Source: an uncultured Bacilli bacterium
Lineage (GTDB): Bacteria; Bacillota_I; Bacilli_A; RF39; UBA660
Assembly (NCBI GenBank): GCA_944359025.1
Contig: CALVSM010000002.1
Span: forward strand, 1-41,925
Direction of reading: 5' to 3'
Length of the DNA stretch: 41,925 nt
The position numbers and the translations under genes were made by a program. Under the pieces are notes generated by a model. It ran no database searches and was not told the DNA's origin. It saw only the letters and a program-made list of their open reading frames with translations. Shown here piece by piece: positions 1-7,393 of the stretch (the stretch's first letter is position 1; every line of letters begins with the position of its first letter).

Positions 1-74
1 AGGGCTTTTTTACAATCAAGCATACCAGCACCAGTTGCTTCTCTTAATTCTTTTACTAAACTAGCACTTATCAT
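1..74 (-). CDS. tsf: Elongation factor Ts, first 24 codons only (gene runs off the left edge)
   Basis: The reverse complement of 1..74 translates to MISASLVKELREATGAGMLDCKKA, the conserved EF-Ts N-terminus. A GGAGAG RBS lies at 81..86. The order is the classical rpsB-tsf arrangement. It is absent from the ORF track because it is truncated. Confidence 0.85.
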   Translation of the reverse strand, partial: MISASLVKELREATGAGMLDCKKA

Positions 75-86
75 TTTTATCTCTCC

Positions 87-1109
87 TTATTTTAAAGCTT
101 CTAATAATTCAGCTTTTTTCATAGTTGAATAACCTTTAATTTCTTTAGCTTTAGCTAATTCTCTTAATTCAGCTACAGTCATCGAATCTAAAGATTCAAC
201 ATTAGTTTCTTTTTTAGTATCTACTTTTTCTTCTTTAACTACTTCTTCAGTTTCTTTTACTTCTTTTTTAAATTCTTTTTTGTTTTCTTTTTTAACAAAT
301 GGTTTTTTAAAAGTTTTATTTTCTTTTTTAGGTCTTTCTTCTTTTCTTTTTACTGTTTCTAAAGCTTTTTGCATTACTTCTGTAGCATTTTCTTCTTTGT
401 TCTTATCACTAGAATAATCAATTATTTCACCACCATTAGCTTCGATAATAGCATTAGCCATAACACTAGTAATTAATTTTACTGCTCTAATAGCATCATC
501 ATTAGCAGGAATTACATAATCAACCATATCTGGATCACAATTAGTATCGACAATTCCAAATACAGGAATATTTAATTTTCTTGCTTCTTTTATCGCAATT
601 TCTTCTTTAGATGGATCAACGATATAGATAGCTTGAGGCAATTTATTCATTTCTCTAATACCACATAATAAGTTATCTAATTTAGCATATTCTTTCTTTA
701 AACCGATAACTTCTTTTTTAGGTAATAAATCAAATGTACCATCAGCTTCCATTTTTTCGATTTCTTCTAATCTTCTAATTCTTCTTCTAATTGTTTTAAA
801 GTTAGTTAAAGTTCCCCCTAACCATCTTTCAGTAACATAATAAGAACCTGATCTAAGAGCTTCTTCTTTAATAGCTTCTTGAGCTTGTTTTCTAGTACCT
901 ACAAATAAAACTTTACCACCATTAGCAACAATTTCTTTTAAAGCTGTATAAGCTTCATCGATTTTCTTTGCTGTTTTTTGTAAATCGATAATATAAATAT
1001 CATCGCGAGAAGTATAGATGTATTCCTTCATTTTAGGGTTCCATCTTTTAGTTTGATGTCCAAAGTGAACACCAGCTTCAAGTAAATAACTCATTGACAC
1101 TACTGCCAT
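87..1109 (-). CDS. rpsB: 30S ribosomal protein S2 with an unusual ~90-aa Lys/Glu-rich C-terminal extension ending in a Rho_N/SAP-like helix-hairpin
   Basis: [27 protein letters not shown] is the canonical S2 N-terminus. The ATG at 1109 is preceded by GGAGGAATTTAAA. The longer track ORF (to 1208) has no RBS and adds non-S2 residues. Confidence 0.95.
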   Translation of the reverse strand: MAVVSMSYLLEAGVHFGHQTKRWNPKMKEYIYTSRDDIYIIDLQKTAKKIDEAYTALKEIVANGGKVLFVGTRKQAQEAIKEEALRSGSYYVTERWLGGTLTNFKTIRRRIRRLEEIEKMEADGTFDLLPKKEVIGLKKEYAKLDNLLCGIREMNKLPQAIYIVDPSKEEIAIKEARKLNIPVFGIVDTNCDPDMVDYVIPANDDAIRAVKLITSVMANAIIEANGGEIIDYSSDKNKEENATEVMQKALETVKRKEERPKKENKTFKKPFVKKENKKEFKKEVKETEEVVKEEKVDTKKETNVESLDSMTVAELRELAKAKEIKGYSTMKKAELLEALK

Positions 1110-1349
1110 TTTTAAATTCCTCCTTTTGTTATTACTTTCAAACACTTCAAAATCACACCACTTATAAAAGCACTCGGCATAAAAATTCATGTTTGTGTTT
1201 TGTGACATTTTCTAATCAAAGCCATCCCCGAATGTCCAACGGTTTAAAAAAGCCATTAATATTATATCATATAGTTGAATAAAATGAACAATTTTTTTAA
1301 TATTTTAGTATTATTATCATACAATTTAATAGATTATGGAGGAATATTT

Positions 1350-1856
1350 ATGATTAATAAAAAAAGTATTTGGTTTTTAACTTTATTTAGTTTAATTCTA
1401 GTCTTAAGTGTTTATTATATTACGATGCCAAGTGAATTATTATTAAATACTAATGCTGATTACACAAGCAAAGAAAACAATGAAACTCCTACTACAACTA
1501 TTAATGAAAGTACTTTTTTAGTAGCATTAAGAGTTGAAGCGGAAGAAGAATTATTAAAAGAAATGGAAAATTTAAGATTAATTTTAAATAGTAACGAATC
1601 GTCAATCGAAGAAAAAAACGAAGCTTTCGATAAGATGAAAGAACTAAATACAACTAAAGGTGAAGAAGAAAAATTAGAAAATAAAATCAAAGAAGTATAC
1701 CAATTAGAAAGCTTTGTTAAAATAAAAGACGATCAAATTGAAATAGTTGTAAATAAAAAAGAAAATGATAATGATTTAGCAAATAAAATTATGCGGACCA
1801 TTCAAGATGAATATGAAACTCCAAAATATATTACCGTTAAATTTGCTAGCGAATAG
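1350..1856 (+). CDS. spoIIIAH: Stage III sporulation protein AH (SpoIIIAH-like), detached from any spoIIIA operon
   Basis: The N-terminus MINKKSIWFLTLFSLILVLSVYYITMPSE closely matches B. subtilis SpoIIIAH (KKQTVWLLTMLSLVVVLSVYYIMSPE). The C-terminal YscJ/FliF-like part is acidic. A GGAGG RBS at 1338..1342 precedes the ATG at 1350. Confidence 0.75.
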   Translation: MINKKSIWFLTLFSLILVLSVYYITMPSELLLNTNADYTSKENNETPTTTINESTFLVALRVEAEEELLKEMENLRLILNSNESSIEEKNEAFDKMKELNTTKGEEEKLENKIKEVYQLESFVKIKDDQIEIVVNKKENDNDLANKIMRTIQDEYETPKYITVKFASE

Positions 1857-1868
1857 TTATTTTCCCTC

Positions 1869-1895
1869 ACTTATTTATAAATTACACATAAAATA
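1869..1895 (+). promoter_or_regulatory. Candidate sigma-K-type promoter for gerE (AC-N16-CATAAAATA)
   Basis: AC at 1869..1870 and CATAAAATA at 1887..1895 match the sigma-K -10 consensus CATAnnnTA. B. subtilis gerE is sigma-K dependent. This is a short motif in AT-rich DNA, so a chance match is possible. Confidence 0.3.
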
Positions 1896-1934
1896 ATATG
1901 AAGAAATATAACCACCCAGGGAAGTGAGGAATTT

Positions 1935-2141
1935 ATGACTAAAAGTGTTTTAACTAAAAGAGAAAAACAAGTATTTGACTTGTTAGTATTAAACCGTTCA
2001 ACTGAACAAATCGCCCAAAAATTAGGTATCAGCGAAAAAACAGTTAGAAACCATATTTCTAATGTTATGCAAAAACTTGGCGTTAAAGGTCGCGCTAGTG
2101 CCGTAATTGAGCTTTTAAAACTAAAGGAAATTTCTTTATAA
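1935..2141 (+). CDS. gerE: LuxR-family HTH spore-coat transcription regulator GerE
   Basis: [56 protein letters not shown] is near-identical in pattern to B. subtilis GerE ([56 protein letters not shown]). A GAGGAA RBS is present. Confidence 0.9.
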   Translation: [68 protein letters not shown]

Positions 2142-2188
2142 AAAGGTATAAACAACCTTTTTTTTCATAAAATTTAATAGGTGATTTT

Positions 2189-3142
2189 ATGTTGAAAAAA
2201 AAGATAATTAGAAAAATTATTATCGCTTCATCAGCTTTATTCGCACTTTTATTAATTTATCTTATCCCCGAAAGTAAAGAATTAAATATAGTACAAAATT
2301 TAGAATATGTCGATTTAGAAGTTACGACTAACAACATTTATTTATTAGATGATGACAATTATTTAGGAAAAAGTGAAGTTGTCGTTAATAGTATCGAAAC
2401 TGAAGAAAAAGTTAAAGAATTAATCGAAATATTAATCAATGGTGGTGAAGGAGAAAATAAAATTCCTAATGGTTTTAAAGCTATTTTACCTAGTGATACC
2501 AAAATATTAAGTGTCAAATATGAAGAGGGTTTAATCAAAATTGATTTTTCTAAAGAATTATTAAATATCAATAAAGAATTAGAAGAAAAAATGATCGAAG
2601 CTATCATTTATACTGTCACATCCGTTGAAAATGTCGATAAATTAATTATCTATGTTGAAGGAGATATTTTAACTAAATTACCACAAACAAAAATTAACTT
2701 ACCTAGTACTTTAGACCGTAATTTTGGAATAAACAAAACTTATGATTTTACTAAAACTGATGACATTAATCAAGTTACCATTTATTACTTGAATAAACAT
2801 AATGACAATTACTATTATGTTCCTGTCACTAAATATTTGAATGATAATCGTGATAAAATAAAAATAATTATCGATGAATTAACTAGCAACAACACTTATA
2901 ACACTAATTTGTTAAGTTATTTAAATAGTAACACGGAACTATTAGCAATCGAAGAACAACCAGATATTCTAGAACTAACTTTTAATTCCTATATTTTCTC
3001 TGACATTGATAATAAAGATATTTTAGAAGAAGTAATCGAAACTATTTGTTTATCAGTTAAAGATAATTATGATGTCGAAGAATTAATTATCAAAAGTGAA
3101 GATAGCGAAATATATCAAACCGTTTTAAAAGAAATAAAATAG
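2189..3142 (+). CDS. gerM: Germination protein GerM (two GerMN domains, N-terminal membrane anchor)
   Basis: The motifs IPNGFKAILPSDTKILSV and YYYVPVTKYLN match GerM (LPNGFRAVLPADT, YYVPVTKR). An AGGTGA RBS is present. Confidence 0.8.
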   Translation: MLKKKIIRKIIIASSALFALLLIYLIPESKELNIVQNLEYVDLEVTTNNIYLLDDDNYLGKSEVVVNSIETEEKVKELIEILINGGEGENKIPNGFKAILPSDTKILSVKYEEGLIKIDFSKELLNINKELEEKMIEAIIYTVTSVENVDKLIIYVEGDILTKLPQTKINLPSTLDRNFGINKTYDFTKTDDINQVTIYYLNKHNDNYYYVPVTKYLNDNRDKIKIIIDELTSNNTYNTNLLSYLNSNTELLAIEEQPDILELTFNSYIFSDIDNKDILEEVIETICLSVKDNYDVEELIIKSEDSEIYQTVLKEIK

Positions 3143-3145
3143 TTA

Positions 3146-4363
3146 TCATTTTTCGATAACTATTTTATGTTCGATTTTATCCCATCCAACTTCCTTTTTT
3201 AATAAAGCTTTTAAAGCACATATCACGTAAGAAGCTAAATAAATAGGGTTATAAAAAATGGTTTTGATTTTAGTTTTTTTATTTAAATCTAATTTATCTT
3301 TCTTTAACATTTTTATTGTTACAATCATCATAATAATATAAGCTAATAAAAGAATTATCATTAAAAATATTAAGAAAGTATAAATAGGAATACCCTGTTT
3401 AAACATACTTAAAATTACTAAAACAAGCGTTTTTAAAACATATAAACTGATACCTAACGCTAAATAAACATAAGCTCTTACCCCTAAACAAGCACTATAT
3501 TTAGATCCATAATTAATCTTATTATTCATACTTTTAAGAATTAATGGTATATATTTTTTTCTTGTATCAAAATAACCTCTAATCCAGCGCATTCTTTGTT
3601 TAACGGTATCTTTATATTTTATAGGTTGTTCATCATAAAAAATAGCTTCATCGTTATAATATGTCGTCATATTATGTAAGGTTGAATATAAACTTAATTC
3701 ATAATCTTCTGTTAAACTATGAAAAGGATAACCTTGCCACTTTTTTATCCAATTACCTTTAATATAAAAACCGGTTCCCGAAACAACAACATTCGCATTG
3801 TGTTTATTTCTAAAATTATTACCCAACGTATTTATCATGGAAAAAGTTAAAGATGAACAAGCCGCAATAACATTATCATTACCATTTTTACAATTACGGT
3901 ATCCAACCCCAATATCATATCCTTGTTGATAAGTCTTTAACATTTCTTTAAAATAATTTTTATCTAAAATATTATCCGCATCAAAAATAAAATATAAATC
4001 ATATTCTTGCTTTATTTGTTTTAAAGCTTCATCTAAAGCATAACCTTTTCTTGGCCTTTTAGTAGTTCTAATAATAGCAGTTGCTTTATATTTTTTACAT
4101 ATTTCAACCGTCTTATCATTTATACTTTCAACGATAACATAAACATCTTCCATATTAAATTTAACCGTTTGTTTTTTTAAACTTTTAAGTAAACCCTCGA
4201 TAACTAAACTTTCATCTCTAGCCGGTATCAAAACAGCAAAATGATGATTTTCTAAATTTATTTTATTAATAGGGTTATAATTTTTTCTTATATAGATATT
4301 CCCTAAAATTAATAAAAATATTCCCAGCAAAATAAAAATTAAACATATTAAATCGATAATCAT
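3146..4363 (-). CDS. Membrane-bound family-2 glycosyltransferase
   Basis: It has an N-terminal TM segment, VLIPARDES, FDADN (DxD) and a QRMRWIRG (QxxRW-like) motif, followed by C-terminal TM helices. Its start overlaps the upstream stop (ATGA). Confidence 0.8.
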   Translation of the reverse strand: MIIDLICLIFILLGIFLLILGNIYIRKNYNPINKINLENHHFAVLIPARDESLVIEGLLKSLKKQTVKFNMEDVYVIVESINDKTVEICKKYKATAIIRTTKRPRKGYALDEALKQIKQEYDLYFIFDADNILDKNYFKEMLKTYQQGYDIGVGYRNCKNGNDNVIAACSSLTFSMINTLGNNFRNKHNANVVVSGTGFYIKGNWIKKWQGYPFHSLTEDYELSLYSTLHNMTTYYNDEAIFYDEQPIKYKDTVKQRMRWIRGYFDTRKKYIPLILKSMNNKINYGSKYSACLGVRAYVYLALGISLYVLKTLVLVILSMFKQGIPIYTFLIFLMIILLLAYIIMMIVTIKMLKKDKLDLNKKTKIKTIFYNPIYLASYVICALKALLKKEVGWDKIEHKIVIEK

Positions 4364-5070
4364 TTTTCCTCCTTCGGATAAACCATATTAGGAAAATATT
4401 TAGCTAGAAATTCGTCATCGTAATGTTTATCAAAAAATTCGCCAACGGGAGTGAATGCCGGAATATTGTTTCTTCTTAATGTTTGTCTAATAATTGCTCC
4501 CCAAGAAATAAGCATATTAACAATCATGAAAATTAATAATATTCTAGTTAATAGCATACCTAAATTGTAAGGTATTTTTTCGATCCATTGCGATAAAAAA
4601 GGATAAATAAACCTTACTAATATAAATGATAAAACTCCCCACAACAATACATATTCTAAAGTAATTCTACCGTTTATATTTAATAGTTTATGCGAATAAT
4701 CCCAAGAAATCGTCTTAGTAAATGTCTCTTGTAAGAAGCCAACTAAATATTCAACTCCCCCACCTAAAATCGCACCATATATAATAGTTTCATACCATTT
4801 ATGCTTTTTATCAGCTAATAAGCAAATTATCACTACTGCTCCAAAACCATAAATAACATTAAATGGTCCATAAATAACGCCTCTTCTAAATTCCCATACT
4901 AAATTACCTGTTTTTGAATAAACTAAAAATAAATTTAAAATTTGTTCATATAACGAACCAAAAACAGAAGCTATTAAAAATATAATAAATAATTTTTCAA
5001 AACATATCCCTTTAGCAAAAATTTTTTCTTTTTTAAATAAATTTTTAAATCTTTCCTTCATACTATCCAA
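4360..5070 (-). CDS. Polytopic membrane protein, DUF1113 / putative ABC-transporter type IV (CmpB-like) family
   Basis: It has about six TM helices and the motifs GVIYGPFNVIYGFGAV and GGGVEYLVGFLQE recalled from PF06541. It is translationally coupled to the GT2 gene. Confidence 0.5.
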   Translation of the reverse strand: MDSMKERFKNLFKKEKIFAKGICFEKLFIIFLIASVFGSLYEQILNLFLVYSKTGNLVWEFRRGVIYGPFNVIYGFGAVVIICLLADKKHKWYETIIYGAILGGGVEYLVGFLQETFTKTISWDYSHKLLNINGRITLEYVLLWGVLSFILVRFIYPFLSQWIEKIPYNLGMLLTRILLIFMIVNMLISWGAIIRQTLRRNNIPAFTPVGEFFDKHYDDEFLAKYFPNMVYPKEEK

Positions 5071-5120
5071 CCACTTCTAATTATACTATAAAAAAATAGT
5101 TTAAATCGATGACAAATTTG

Positions 5121-5372
5121 TCATTTTTGATATTTTCTTTTAGTAGCTTCGCCACCTCTAATATGACGAAGTCTTTTATTTTCTTTTAAAATTTCTTCGA
5201 CCTTTTTACTTTTATCTAAACTATATTCTTTTAATAATATTTTTATATCACGATAAATAGCTGATTTCGACATTTTAAATACTTGGGCAGTCTTTCTAAC
5301 CGTTGCCTTATTCATAATAACATAATCAGCTTCTTCTAATATACGGTCATAAATATCTAATTTTTTAATCAT
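5121..5372 (-). CDS. spoIIID: Stage III sporulation DNA-binding regulator SpoIIID
   Basis: It is 83 aa with an HTH (TVRKTAQVFKMSKSAIYRDI) and a C-terminal RHIRGGEATKRKY, matching SpoIIID (RHLRGGEATKLKY). Confidence 0.9.
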   Translation of the reverse strand: MIKKLDIYDRILEEADYVIMNKATVRKTAQVFKMSKSAIYRDIKILLKEYSLDKSKKVEEILKENKRLRHIRGGEATKRKYQK

Positions 5373-5395
5373 ATTATCCCTTTCTTTAGTTGTTT

Positions 5396-5424
5396 ATTAT
5401 ATTTTAAAATAAATTATTTGTCAA
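5396..5424 (-). promoter_or_regulatory. Consensus sigma-A-type promoter upstream of spoIIID (TTGACA-N17-TATAAT)
   Basis: On the minus strand the -35 TTGACA is at 5419..5424 and overlaps the lepA stop. A 17-nt spacer follows, then the -10 TATAAT at 5396..5401. Confidence 0.45.
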
Positions 5425-7220
5425 TTTTCCTCAACTTTTAAAACAGCCAAAAATGCTTCCTCTGGTATTTCAACACGCCCTACCATCTTCATTTTCTTTT
5501 TACCTTCTTTTTGCTTTTCTAATAATTTTCTTTTTCTTGACACATCCCCACCATAACATTTAGCTAAAACATCTTTCCTAACTGCTTTAATGGTTTCTCG
5601 TGCTATTACCTTATTACCGATACTAGCTTGAACTGGTACTTCAAATTGCTGTCTTGGAATCATCTTTCTTAATGTTTCAACAATATTTTTACCTCTTTTA
5701 TAAGCAAAATCTTTATGAACTATAACACTTAAAGCATCGACTACTTCCCCGTTTAATAAAATATCCATTTTAACTAAATCACTTGATTTATAACCGATTA
5801 ATTCATAATCGAAAGAAGCATATCCTTTAGAAATACTTTTTAAACGGTCAAAAAAATCATATACTATTTCTGATAAAGGTATTTCATAATGAATATTTAC
5901 TCTTGTTTTATCTAAATATTCCATCGAAATATAATTACCTCTTTTATCTTGACATAATTCCATAATCGGTCCGATATACTCACTTGGTACGAAAATAGAA
6001 GTTTTAATATAAGGTTCTTTAATATCTTTTATTTTTACTTTATCTGGCATTTTACTAGGACTATCGATATTTATAATAGTATCATCAGTTAAAGTTACCT
6101 CATAAATAACCGAAGGACTAGTTACGATTAGATTGATATTAAATTCTCTTTCGATTCTTTCTTTAATTATTTCTAAATGTAGTAACCCTAAAAAACCACA
6201 TCTAAACCCAAAACCTAAAGCTTTAGAAGTTTCTGGTATAAATTCTAATGAAGCATCGTTTAACTTTAATTTTTCTAAAGCATCCCTTAAATCAGGATAT
6301 TTAGATGTTTCAATCGGATAAATACCTGAAAAAACCATCGGTTTCATTGGTTTATATCCTGGTAAGATATCTTTAGCTTGATTATTATTTAATGTGATAG
6401 TATCTCCTACTTTAATATCAGCTATATCTTTAATTGCTGCACATAAATAACCAACTTCACCAGCTACTAATTTATCTTTTTTTATCTCTTTAGGTGAATT
6501 AATACCTAGTTCGACAACTTCTTCAACTTTGTTTGTCGCCATTAATTTTATTTTATCTCCTACTTTTACTTGCCCATTAACTACTCTAATTAAAGCAACA
6601 ACTCCCCGATATGAATCATAAAAGCTATCAAATATTAAAGCTTGTAATGGTTTATTAATACTTCCTTGAGGAGCTGGTATTTTTTTTATTATAGCTTGAA
6701 TTAATTCTTTAATTCCAATCCCATTTTTCGCTGAAGTTAAAATTATTTCATCTTTACTAAAACCAAATGTATCTTCTAATTCTTTTGTTACTTTATCGAT
6801 ATCCGCATTCGGTAAATCTATTTTGTTGATAACCGGTATAATAGTTAAGTTGTTATCTAAAGCTAAATATAAATTAGCTAATGTTTGAGCTTCGATTCCT
6901 TGAGCAGCGTCGACAACTAAAATAGCTCCTTCACAAGCTGCTAAAGACCTGCTTACTTCATAATTAAAATCGACATGCCCTGGAGTATCGATTAAATGTA
7001 ATATATATTCTTCATTATTATATTGATATTTTAATTGAACAGCATTTAATTTAATTGTAATACCTCTTTCTCTTTCAATATCCATATTATCTAATAATTG
7101 CTCTTGTTTTTCTCTTTCGTTTATTGCTCCTGTTTCTTCTAATATGCGATCAGCTAAAGTACTTTTACCATGATCGATATGAGCAATAATTGAAAAATTT
7201 CGGATGTTTTCTTGTTTCAT
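5421..7220 (-). CDS. lepA: Translation elongation factor 4 (LepA)
   Basis: It shows [28 protein letters not shown] and NKID GTPase motifs plus the conserved LepA C-terminal domain, across 599 aa. Confidence 0.97.
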   Translation of the reverse strand: MKQENIRNFSIIAHIDHGKSTLADRILEETGAINEREKQEQLLDNMDIERERGITIKLNAVQLKYQYNNEEYILHLIDTPGHVDFNYEVSRSLAACEGAILVVDAAQGIEAQTLANLYLALDNNLTIIPVINKIDLPNADIDKVTKELEDTFGFSKDEIILTSAKNGIGIKELIQAIIKKIPAPQGSINKPLQALIFDSFYDSYRGVVALIRVVNGQVKVGDKIKLMATNKVEEVVELGINSPKEIKKDKLVAGEVGYLCAAIKDIADIKVGDTITLNNNQAKDILPGYKPMKPMVFSGIYPIETSKYPDLRDALEKLKLNDASLEFIPETSKALGFGFRCGFLGLLHLEIIKERIEREFNINLIVTSPSVIYEVTLTDDTIINIDSPSKMPDKVKIKDIKEPYIKTSIFVPSEYIGPIMELCQDKRGNYISMEYLDKTRVNIHYEIPLSEIVYDFFDRLKSISKGYASFDYELIGYKSSDLVKMDILLNGEVVDALSVIVHKDFAYKRGKNIVETLRKMIPRQQFEVPVQASIGNKVIARETIKAVRKDVLAKCYGGDVSRKRKLLEKQKEGKKKMKMVGRVEIPEEAFLAVLKVEEN

Positions 7221-7238
7221 GTCAAATCACCTGATATT

Positions 7239-7267
7239 ATTATATATTAAATTATTTTTATTGACAA
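7239..7267 (-). promoter_or_regulatory. Sigma-A-type promoter for lepA (TTGTCA-N17-TATAAT)
   Basis: On the minus strand the -35 TTGTCA is at 7262..7267, followed by a 17-nt spacer and the -10 TATAAT at 7239..7244. Confidence 0.5.
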
Positions 7268-7271
7268 GAAC

Positions 7272-7305
7272 ATATAAAAACAGCTTTAATTAATTAAAAC
7301 TGTTT
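7272..7305 (-). terminator. Rho-independent terminator after the large pilin-like gene
   Basis: The minus strand reads AAACAGTTTTAATT/AATTAAAGCTGTTT (a long AT hairpin with one mismatch) followed by TTTTTATAT. Confidence 0.45.
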
Positions 7306-7320
7306 ATTGTGGATAAGCTA

Positions 7321-7348
7321 CACCTTGCCGCATTATCGGCAAGGTGTG
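7321..7348. other. Perfect 11-bp GC-rich hairpin in the 3' UTR of the large pilin-like gene
   Basis: ACACCTTGCCG-CATTAT-CGGCAAGGTGT. No U-tract follows on either strand. An upstream CAAGGT (minus strand) could pair alternatively with ACCTTG. Confidence 0.6.
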
Positions 7349-7393
7349 ACTACCTTGTTTGTACTTTATATATCTTTTTTCTTGTTTATCTTC

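Noticed and set aside
1110-1208. A 33-codon N-terminal extension of the rpsB ORF ([14 protein letters not shown]...).
   Set aside because: It has no RBS and is not S2-like. The canonical S2 N-terminus starts at ATG 1109 with a GGAGG RBS.
1094-2607. Track ORFs 1094..1282(+), 1460..1690(-), 1871..2155(-) and 2359..2607(-).
   Set aside because: They are shadow ORFs overlapping rpsB, spoIIIAH, gerE and gerM on the opposite strand. They are low-complexity, lack an RBS and show no recognisable family.
6133-6321. Antisense ORFs inside lepA, valS (12520..12714), spoIIAA-upstream gene (28574..28864), tnpB (30542..30724), era/ybeY (18569..18757), AlbA_2 (16451..16657) and the Nudix gene (38926..39129).
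   Set aside because: The reasoning is the same as above: each is embedded in a well-supported gene, with no translation signals and a biased composition.
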